A stretch of 18,229 nt of DNA from Thermoproteota archaeon (GTDB taxonomy: Archaea > Asgardarchaeota > Jordiarchaeia > Jordiarchaeales > Freyrarchaeaceae): NCBI GenBank assembly GCA_029258835.1, contig JAPDJY010000073.1, forward strand, positions 1 to 18,229, given 5' to 3'. The notes below the pieces were generated by a model. It ran no database searches. It saw only the letters and a program-made list of their open reading frames with translations, and was not told where the DNA came from. Position 1 is the first letter of the stretch, and each line of letters opens with the position of its first letter. Shown in pieces: positions 9,282-16,329 of this stretch. The translations under genes were made by a program, and so were the position numbers.

Positions 9282-9608
9282 ATGGAGGCTGAAAAAGACA
9301 TCGAAAACGGGTGCTACAATAAAGCAGTCTCAGCCCTCTACTTCTCCCTGAGAATGGTCAGCGAAGACCTACTCCTAGCCCTCCACGCCCCCATACCTAA
9401 AAGGGACGATAAGCTCGCCAATTCGATCGGAAACATCGGGTTCAAGGAGGTGTCACAGGCCCTGAGGAGGCTCTACGACCTGAGGAAAAAAGCCGACTAC
9501 AGCAGGGAGAAGGTGACGGCCAGGGAGGCGATTGTAGCGCTTGAAACGTACAGGGAGGCCAGAAGGAGGCTGGAGGAGGGGAAGCCTGAAGCATGTAAAG
9601 GGAAATAA
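9282..9608 (+). CDS. HEPN domain protein (archaeal R-x4-Y type)
   Basis: EAEKDIENGCYNKAVSALYFS N-terminal helix signature and LYDLRKKADY motif. Confidence 0.8.
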   Translation: MEAEKDIENGCYNKAVSALYFSLRMVSEDLLLALHAPIPKRDDKLANSIGNIGFKEVSQALRRLYDLRKKADYSREKVTAREAIVALETYREARRRLEEGKPEACKGK

Positions 9609-9856
9609 TTGAAGTGTAAACGTGGCCGTCGGCTCCCGACCGCAACCCTTACATCACACATATCATGGTAATTCCTACGTTAACGCGTGAACTCCTCAAA
9701 GTGCGCCCGAAGAATCCTCCAGGATGGTTCCCACTCCGGATGGAGAAGTCATCCACGAACCCGCCCTCAACAACATACCTCAAGACCAACGCAACCCCAC
9801 CACCAGCTTGAGAAGCCCCTCAAACCTGAAGCATTCCACACCTCCTAGCCGCCACC

Positions 9857-10819
9857 CTAAGGGGGGCACTTCTCAACCCTGCCATCATCAAGGCTCACAC
9901 GCCAGAGCACTCCTCTGGCACCAGCCCACCTCCTCCACGCTGCAATGTTAAGCCTCCCGACGTCGACGCCGGCGGCACCCCTCACGTCATCGTATATCCT
10001 CCTCACCAGCCTATCCCAGTAGTCCAGCATCCAACCCCTCAAAACCCTGCTTCCCTCAACCCTCACCAGGCGGCTGCTCACCAGCTTCGGAATGTACTGC
10101 TTTCCCAGCCCCATCCTCTCCAGCTCCCTCTCAAGCTGGGCGACGTTAACCACCCCATCCCTCAGAAGCATGCTAATCTTGCCCATCAAGCCCCCGATCT
10201 GAAGCGAGAAGAATGGAAGCTCACACCACCTGCTCAAATCCACCCTTCTAACAGCATCCTCCATCCTCTGATCAGGGTGGAGTAAAGCGCCCTCCTGGAA
10301 CACGTAGTAGTAGCGTGTCGGGACGGCCGTGAAGCACCCCGACGAGAGGAGGGCGGCGTTGATCTGGTTGCTCCCCCCAACCATGTTAACCCAAACCTCG
10401 TGTGAGGCTAAGGCCATGAAGGTCGGGTAAGCCTTAAAGAAGCAGTCCTCGAAGTCCGTGTGGTCCACCTCTACGAAGTAAAGCTCAGGCCACTCCCTTC
10501 GGGGTAGCTTCAAGTGTGAGAGGAGGCTGGAAAGGTACCTTGCGACAGCCCTAGGGCAGCTATCCGTCCTCGTCCTAAACCACCTGTCCTCATACCTTGC
10601 CTTAACCTTCCCTAATATAACATCCCTAGATGTGAATACGATCACTGCCTCAGGAAGCCCTCCTCCTCCGCCTACACGCCCTGAAAGCTCAAAGAATCTT
10701 CTCGCATCTCGGTCACTTTTTTCCGCAGCCTTAAAGGCAAGGTAAACGTAGCTTAAAGGGACGGTTAAACCTCCCGGCTGAAGGCCAAGCCCGCTAACAT
10801 GGTAAACCACCCGCACCAC
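9857..10819 (-). CDS. Divergent CARF-domain protein with C-terminal wHTH-like region
   Basis: YHVSGLGLQPG (CARF motif I-like), PEAVIVFTS, VWVNMVGGSN (motif II-like), YYYV...ELP CARF end, then helix-helix-wing pattern (VAQLERELERMG...KLVSSRLVRVEGSRV); CRISPR accessory context. Confidence 0.65.
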   Translation of the reverse strand: MVRVVYHVSGLGLQPGGLTVPLSYVYLAFKAAEKSDRDARRFFELSGRVGGGGGLPEAVIVFTSRDVILGKVKARYEDRWFRTRTDSCPRAVARYLSSLLSHLKLPRREWPELYFVEVDHTDFEDCFFKAYPTFMALASHEVWVNMVGGSNQINAALLSSGCFTAVPTRYYYVFQEGALLHPDQRMEDAVRRVDLSRWCELPFFSLQIGGLMGKISMLLRDGVVNVAQLERELERMGLGKQYIPKLVSSRLVRVEGSRVLRGWMLDYWDRLVRRIYDDVRGAAGVDVGRLNIAAWRRWAGARGVLWRVSLDDGRVEKCPP

Positions 10820-11016
10820 CCCACATGGGAAAAATGTAAGGAAAGTAAGGAAAATAAATATCAGTCTGAAAATGGTAAAAGAACAATATACCTATTTACC
10901 TTTTGCTCATTTCCACCATTAAAAAGGGAAAGGATATCTGATAAGTGGAAAACTAAAGAAGTAACATGAAAATCAGCGGCTCGCAGCTCTCCGCTTCGCT
11001 TCGGTGCATCGCACTC

Positions 11017-11100
11017 GGACAACAGGCGGATATATGACTTGCCCACGCTCACCCAACCTTACGGGCTTCGCGTACTCGCAGAACGCTGGTTGAAATGCCC
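11017..11100 (+). mobile_element. Degenerate integron attC-like site following an AT-rich gene remnant
   Basis: GGACAAC-AG-GCGGATATATG ... CTTCGCGTACTCGC-AGAAC-GCTGGTTGAAATGCCC: an AAC...G(C)T-bounded imperfect inverted repeat, preceded by CGCTTCGCTTCGG and about 50 nt after the stop of an AT-rich start-less frame. Pattern recognition only. Confidence 0.4.
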
Positions 11101-11207
11101 GTATCGCTGAAAACCTGACGGCGCACGGCTGAAACGCTTACAGCAGACACCGGCAACATCTCCTCGACGGAAACACCCACCATCCGGGGGATGGGGCAAC
11201 CAACACC

Positions 11208-11483
11208 CTAAACGACGCGGTCACCCTCCCCCATCCCACCCCTGCTAGATATGTGCGTAACCCTCTCCTGATCCCTCGAGCATAGAGGGATGAAGCGTAC
11301 ATCAGCCTCCGTCCTAGCCGCCAGGACGGCAAGCCTCCTGGCAGCCTCCTGAACCTCACCCCTAGACAGCTCAACCAGGAACGCAGAGTACTGGACACGC
11401 ACACCCCCAAAGTCCCTCAAAACCTCCCTCATCTCATCCCTAACCCTATCGTCAACCACATCGTAAACAACAAGGTAAAGCAC
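11208..11483 (-). CDS. cas2: CRISPR-associated endoribonuclease Cas2
   Basis: LYLVVYDV-DDRVR...LRDFGGVRVQYSAF...DVRFIPLC signature. Start GTG 11483 after a GGAGGGG RBS; the alternative TTG 11507 overlaps the upstream stop. Confidence 0.93.
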   Translation of the reverse strand: MLYLVVYDVVDDRVRDEMREVLRDFGGVRVQYSAFLVELSRGEVQEAARRLAVLAARTEADVRFIPLCSRDQERVTHISSRGGMGEGDRVV

Positions 11484-11503
11484 CCAGCACCCCTCCGCGA
11501 AGG

Positions 11504-12253
11504 TCAACCCCCGCCAAGCACCCTCTCAGCCTCCCCGATAACCCCCTTAACCCTGACAAGGCACTCGTAGGCGTGCCCCCTGCCACCCCTGCCAGCCCTC
11601 AGGAACGCCTCAGCCGCCTCAACCTCCCCCATCAACCCCTCAACGCTCAGCCCAGCTGATTCAGCCCTTCCCAGAGCCCTCCTGAGGGTGCTCAAAGCGT
11701 CAAGGCACATGTCCCAGACGTCGAAGCCAACCCTGTCATCCCCCCTCTCAGCCATAAACCTCTCAGCCCTCTCAACTAGGCGCTTAGCCCTCATGACCAA
11801 CCTTTCAGCCTCACGGTGAGCGGTGAACTCCCCCCAAACCTTCCCTAGGAAGCTGCACCTGCACACCGCAACCTCCACACCCCTAACGGAGGAAACATCA
11901 CCATACACCTTCTCCGAGTACGGGGCAAACCAGACCCCAGCCTTGAACCTGGCAAACCCCATCGACCTGAGGACGCCGGCCACCCCACGCCTCCCACCCG
12001 TAAAAGCTACAATCCACCTCCTACCACCCGAAACACGGGAAAACTCCACAATCATCCTCCCAGCCAAGGTCAGCGAAAGCCACCCGTCAACCACCCTAAT
12101 AAAACCCTCACTGGAAAGACGCGAGACCGCAGAGGAGAACTCCGCCTCCGAAGCCTTAACCCTCCCCCTCAGAGAGGACGCCCGAACCCTAACCCCCCTG
12201 TAAACCTCACCCAGCACCCGCCACTCCAGCTCACCAAGCAAAGGCCACACCAA
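11504..12253 (-). CDS. PaaX-like transcriptional regulator (wHTH + Cas2-like ferredoxin domain + helical C-terminal domain)
   Basis: wHTH FSSAVSRLSSEGFIRVVDGWLSLTLAG; then RWIVAF...VLRSMGFARFKAGVWFAPY, matching the PaaX central-domain pattern W-x-h-h-x-F...L-x-x-x-GF-x5-VW-h-x-P; all-alpha C-terminus. Confidence 0.6.
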   Translation of the reverse strand: MVWPLLGELEWRVLGEVYRGVRVRASSLRGRVKASEAEFSSAVSRLSSEGFIRVVDGWLSLTLAGRMIVEFSRVSGGRRWIVAFTGGRRGVAGVLRSMGFARFKAGVWFAPYSEKVYGDVSSVRGVEVAVCRCSFLGKVWGEFTAHREAERLVMRAKRLVERAERFMAERGDDRVGFDVWDMCLDALSTLRRALGRAESAGLSVEGLMGEVEAAEAFLRAGRGGRGHAYECLVRVKGVIGEAERVLGGG

Positions 12254-12296
12254 CCAGCCCTAACACCACAAACCCCTTCATCTCCCCTGCCTTCCC

Positions 12297-12920
12297 CTAG
12301 GTTCTTCTGAGATCCTTCTCCAGCCCCTTCACCTCCTCGTCCGGCAAGCGCGGTATTGGAACCCTTACAAGGTTGACGTCCTCCTCCGGCCTGCACAGCT
12401 CCTCCACCTTCCCCGCCAGCTCCTCCGAAACCTTAACCCTCGGATCCCTAGCCGCCCTTTCAACCTGCTTCAACTCCTCCTCGCTCAGAACGTTGAGGAT
12501 GTTCTGCGTCCCCAAAACCCCGGGGGCCACCACATGGTAAACGTTTCTCACCCCTCTAGCCATGGCAGCCAAGAACATGTCGATCGGCATCGTCTTCCTC
12601 CCGCCGGCGAGGCTCACGTAAACGTTGTCAGCCCCTCCAGCACGCTTAACAGCGTCCTTCAACACCTTCAGCATCTCAACCCTGAAAGCCCTACAGTCCT
12701 CAGGCCTCCTTATGTCCTCAACCTTAAGGGTTCTAGGTTTAACCTTAACGTTCCACCCCTTAAGGCGGAAGTAGAGCTGGAGGGCGTAAGCCGACACGAC
12801 AGAAGTCCTGGTTGCGGCAAGGAAAACCTCCTCCACGTCAACCTTCCTCTTCCTCAACTCCTCGATGAACTCGGTTACGATGGCAGGGGAAAGCCCAAGA
12901 GTCGAAACAACCACAGCCAC
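12297..12920 (-). CDS. csx14: CARF protein of the Csx14/NE0113 type (Sso2081/Crn1-like), probable cOA ring nuclease
   Basis: STLGLSPAIVTE motif I, EDIRRPEDC-x-x-F, VYVSLAGGRKTM motif II, VYHVV. Start GTG 12920 after a GGTGGTGG RBS. Confidence 0.8.
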   Translation of the reverse strand: MAVVVSTLGLSPAIVTEFIEELRKRKVDVEEVFLAATRTSVVSAYALQLYFRLKGWNVKVKPRTLKVEDIRRPEDCRAFRVEMLKVLKDAVKRAGGADNVYVSLAGGRKTMPIDMFLAAMARGVRNVYHVVAPGVLGTQNILNVLSEEELKQVERAARDPRVKVSEELAGKVEELCRPEEDVNLVRVPIPRLPDEEVKGLEKDLRRT

Positions 12921-12984
12921 ACTCCCACCACCAGACCCCAACCAGCAGAGAAACACACCGCAAAACAACTACTTCCCTCACTCC

Positions 12985-13022
12985 TATATGCTTAATCATT
13001 TATATGCTTAATCATCATGCTT
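12985..13022 (-). promoter_or_regulatory. Perfect 15-bp direct repeat spanning a TATA-like box upstream of the csx14 operon
   Basis: TATATGCTTAATCAT at 12985-12999 and 13001-13015, partial third copy ATGCTT at 13017-13022; the minus strand reads CATATAAATG across the junction. Confidence 0.7.
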
Positions 13023-13198
13023 CAACTATTCTACGCCGAGTCAACGTTCTAGGACCCGTGCAGGAGCAACCCTCCGCCGCAAGAAGCCTCCACTAGGTGG
13101 AATGTGGGTGAAGCAGCCTGGAAGCACCGTTGGACGCGTCGGCGAGGCGGCGGAGGAGGACGCCCTCAACCCGCAGCTGAAGACAGCTCCTGTGCAGC

Positions 13199-14125
13199 CT
13201 ACGGCCTCCTCACAGCCTCCAGCTCCCTGCAAACCTTCTCAGCTATCCTGCCCGACGCCTGAACCATCAGCGTGCGGCTGAGCCAGTCCTCGTTCCTCTT
13301 ACCCCTCCAAGCCCCGTGCACCCACGTCACAGTCGGAGGGTTAACCGTCACCAGCCTCACCCTGGAATACGTTACAGCCAGAGACGAAAGGGTTGTTGGA
13401 ATGTTCCTGTACGTGAGCTCAACCCTGACCGGCCTGGGCTGCTGCTCCACGAAAACCGTTGGAACCCCGTCCTCAACAGCGGTTATCCTCATGTTGTCGT
13501 CCGCCGTGACGAGCACCACGTCAGCCGACCGCGCGAACGAGCCTATGGCGCGCGTTATCGCCCTATCACCAACCCCCTCCCCTCCTATAAGGTGGGCTCC
13601 AAGCCTCTTCTCCACGTACTCGTACTCCGCCAGAGCCTGCTTAGCCAGCCTGACGTCCAGCGGCAGCTGAGCGCCGACGGAACCCCTCCCAGCCCTGCCA
13701 AGTATCTCCCTCCTCACCGGCTCCGGAACCGCCAGCCTCAACCCGGCTGGGAGGGAGCTAAGGTGGTGGGTTGGGAAGCGCAGGTAGAAGAGGTTCGTGT
13801 CAAGCGCCACGTAAACCGGCTTGGGACGCGCGAAGACGTTCTCCTCCGCAACCCTTTTCAGCCGCTCCACCACCTCCCCCAGGTTCGGAGGGGGGAGGCA
13901 TCCTCCGGCGGTGAGGGCGTCAACGTACTTGGCGTATGGAACCCCCCTGTCGATGTACCTCTCCTCCGGGCATGGTGACGCGTGCGCCGGGTCCTCATAG
14001 CTGAATTGGAGCAGGATGCTTCCCTCAGGTGAATCAACCCTAAACTCTGAGCCAGCGTCCTCGTAGATGGCGTTGAGGACGACGTTCAGCTCCCCCTCAC
14101 TCAGGGGGATGTCAACCGTCTTCAA
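13199..14125 (-). CDS. PIN-domain ribonuclease with extra N- and C-terminal domains
   Basis: Acidic PIN tetrad pattern: VALDTN, VPEPVRREI, GDRAI, LVTADDNM; about 100-aa N-terminal extension; C-terminal domain with GAWRGK-x-x-EDW. Confidence 0.8.
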   Translation of the reverse strand: MKTVDIPLSEGELNVVLNAIYEDAGSEFRVDSPEGSILLQFSYEDPAHASPCPEERYIDRGVPYAKYVDALTAGGCLPPPNLGEVVERLKRVAEENVFARPKPVYVALDTNLFYLRFPTHHLSSLPAGLRLAVPEPVRREILGRAGRGSVGAQLPLDVRLAKQALAEYEYVEKRLGAHLIGGEGVGDRAITRAIGSFARSADVVLVTADDNMRITAVEDGVPTVFVEQQPRPVRVELTYRNIPTTLSSLAVTYSRVRLVTVNPPTVTWVHGAWRGKRNEDWLSRTLMVQASGRIAEKVCRELEAVRRP

Positions 14126-14137
14126 CCGTCCACCCCC

Positions 14138-14602
14138 TCACGGCCCCAGTGAGACCTCCTCCAGTCTTTGAAGGGGGAGCGGTATCAGGGGGTAGTCCAC
14201 GTCGGAGTATGAATTGTCCTTCAGGTGAAGGTAGTAGGCTTTCGCCCCATGCTTCAAGGCTGCTAGAAGGATGGCGATGGACATGGGCTTCCTCCCGGGG
14301 CCTACGTCGACCGCCACCTCGCACCCCTCGGCGGCCGCTCCACCCACAATCCTCTCAGCAACCTCTCTGAAGTATGGAAGCCCCCCTCGGTCCTCCACCT
14401 CAACCAGTTCAACCTCCACCCCCTCGACGACGACCCTCAGCTTCTCCCCTGCTTCGCACGCAACGCTCTTGGTTTCCTCGGTGTGGATGAGAACCACCTT
14501 GTCGGGGTGGAAGACTCCCTTCCTGTCCGCTGCCCAGACAGTGTTGCAGACTGCAGCCCTCCTCCGCCCGACGAAGGAAACCCAAACCCTCAACCTCGTC
14601 AC
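14138..14602 (-). CDS. Stand-alone CARF-domain protein
   Basis: VWVSFVG-x4-AVCNTVWAA, PDKVVLIHT, VAVDVGPGRKPMS (motif II), YYLHL...YPLIP; no fused effector domain. Confidence 0.8.
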   Translation of the reverse strand: MTRLRVWVSFVGRRRAAVCNTVWAADRKGVFHPDKVVLIHTEETKSVACEAGEKLRVVVEGVEVELVEVEDRGGLPYFREVAERIVGGAAAEGCEVAVDVGPGRKPMSIAILLAALKHGAKAYYLHLKDNSYSDVDYPLIPLPLQRLEEVSLGP

Positions 14603-14612
14603 CCCGGTAGCG

Positions 14613-15734
14613 TTAAGGGTAAGCCTTCGAGCCGATGAACTCCCTCACCGCTTCCGCCCCCTCGCTGCTGTTAGCCACGGCCTCAACGTCCTGGATCCCG
14701 TACCCCCTCGAGTGCAGCCTGTACCTGACCGCTGTGCCCCTGATGCCCTGGTACTCGAGGAACGTTTCCTTCTGCCTTGTGACCTTAAACGCTCCGAGCC
14801 TGACCTTGCTGACCTCCTGGAGGGAGAGAAGCCTCTTCAGCAGCTTTCTGGCGTCATGGTCGGGTATGTCGTTCAGGTTGATGTAGCGTCCGCTCAGCCT
14901 CCACACCGTCCTGTGGCCTCCCGCCTCAAGGTTGAGGCGTGGGTCGCTTCTGACGTGGATCTTCCTTACGGCCTCCCCCGTGAACACCCTTTGGGCGAGC
15001 CAGCCGGCGGGGGAGAGGCCGAACCTTCCCTTCTCAACCTCTTCGAGGAGCGCCCAGAAGTATTTGAGGTCTTCTCCGAACCTCTCCCTCACCTCCTCCT
15101 CTGATCTCGGCTTCTCGGCGAGCCACTTGACGTCCTCCTCGTGCCTGAACCACAAGTCCGGGCTGAAGAACAGCGGTATTACGGGGAGGGAGATCACGTC
15201 GTTGAACTTTTCATGTATGTAGTATGCTTCAACTCCGTGGATGAGGGCTGTGATGGTGGTGTACGCCATCTCAGCCTTAAACCCTCCCGTCGCGGCGAAG
15301 ACCACCTCCCTCCCCTCCCTCCGCTCCACCTCAACTATCTCAGTAAGCCTGTTAACAAGGCTGTGGAGCCCGACGGCCTTAAACCTCCTGTCATCATACC
15401 TTAAACCCTTAACCTCCTCAGTCCGCACCCCGTAGCCCCTCCCCTCATAGAACTCTTTCAACGCCTCCGCGCAGACCACCCCCTCATCCGTCTCCGAGTG
15501 AAGAAAGTATATGAAGTCCCCCTTCCCGATGACCCTTTCAAGGGTGTTGGCTTCAGCGCACGCCCTGAGGAGGCTTCCCCCCTCCTCAGCAGACCTGAGG
15601 TAGCATGCCAGCTCCCTGACAGCCACCCTCCTATCCCTCATCAGCTCGTCCTGACCCACACCAGCATCCCTACAGTAGTTGGAAAGAAGGGAGGCCCCAA
15701 CGGTGGCCACAACCACCCTCAAGCCAACCACCAT
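14613..15734 (-). CDS. APE2256-family CARF (Sso1393/Crn1-like) + wHTH + about 120-aa C-terminal domain; Cami1-like candidate
   Basis: TVGASLLSN, ACAEANTL, FLHSETDEG, ATGGFKAE and YYIHEKF...LP are APE2256-family hallmarks; wHTH ending GLSPAG; additional alpha/beta C-terminal domain. Confidence 0.8.
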   Translation of the reverse strand: MVVGLRVVVATVGASLLSNYCRDAGVGQDELMRDRRVAVRELACYLRSAEEGGSLLRACAEANTLERVIGKGDFIYFLHSETDEGVVCAEALKEFYEGRGYGVRTEEVKGLRYDDRRFKAVGLHSLVNRLTEIVEVERREGREVVFAATGGFKAEMAYTTITALIHGVEAYYIHEKFNDVISLPVIPLFFSPDLWFRHEEDVKWLAEKPRSEEEVRERFGEDLKYFWALLEEVEKGRFGLSPAGWLAQRVFTGEAVRKIHVRSDPRLNLEAGGHRTVWRLSGRYINLNDIPDHDARKLLKRLLSLQEVSKVRLGAFKVTRQKETFLEYQGIRGTAVRYRLHSRGYGIQDVEAVANSSEGAEAVREFIGSKAYP

Positions 15735-15754
15735 ATGAACTATTGGAAAAACCG

Positions 15755-15765
15755 CTTAAACGTTT
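15755..15765 (-). promoter_or_regulatory. Probable TATA box of the CARF-CARF-PIN operon (likely leaderless)
   Basis: Minus strand reads ACGTTTAAGCG about 25 nt upstream of ATG 15734; same TTTAAG core as at 1565. Confidence 0.4.
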
Positions 15766-16040
15766 AACGTAGAACGCGCGTGAGGGAGGTGCCGCGCGAA
15801 CAGGCCCGCCAACAGCCGAGGCTTACACGTGTTAAAAATTACACCGGCCGTCAAGCGGCCATGTAAGCGGAGAAGGGCTGCTGCCACAGCTCCTCGAAGA
15901 ATTCTACGAAAGGGTAAACGCTTCCTTCCCGGAGGGAACCCCTACCAGCGAGGAACCCCAAAGAGCTAACAGCGTACAATCCAAGTTACAAGTTATTGTG
16001 AGCGGCAACCAGCGAGTTTAGAAAGGAAAGCAAGTTCCCC

Positions 16041-16326
16041 GTGAAAGCCCGGGAGGCTGCGAAGGATCCTGAGGAAGCTACGGGAGCTCAAGCCCGCGCT
16101 GGCGGAGAGCTAAGGATCCAAGGTCGGAGCACCCCCCTCCACAAGGAACCCTCAAAGGAAGAACATCGACACCGCCACCCGCCAAGCTCCGTGAGCCCAC
16201 AGGGCTCCGCCCCTCCGACCTCGTCAAATACCTTGAAAGGAAGCCAGGGAGAATAGCTGACCAGCCTCCTACGAAGCAGTAAACCCTACAAAAACCTGCA
16301 TAGAGAAAGAGGAAATCTTCATATGA
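16041..16326 (+). pseudogene. Decayed minimal nucleotidyltransferase (MNT antitoxin) gene
   Basis: Stitched frames: ILRKLRELKPALAES*GSKVGAPPSTRNPQRKNIDTA / LREPTGLRPSDLVKYLERKPGRIAD / YEAVNPTKTCIEKEEIFI*. This follows the MNT pattern L-x-E-x-YG-x-x-x-G-x-FGS-x-x-R...SDID...EP-x-GL...YLE-x-x-LG-x-x-VD...I-x-KE-x-I-x-I. The stop overlaps ATG 16323 (ATGA). Confidence 0.7.
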
Positions 16327-16329
16327 AGG

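Noticed and set aside
9649-9834. In-frame TGA as selenocysteine, or a Csx3/Crn3 identity for this remnant
   Set aside because: No redox motif or recognisable SECIS, and the Csx3 SGRGP-x-W motif is absent.
13272-15767. Long plus-strand ORFs (13316-13978, 14271-15104 and others)
   Set aside because: Antisense shadows of motif-supported minus-strand genes, with no motifs of their own. The same applies to shadows over speB, the ATPase and csx14.
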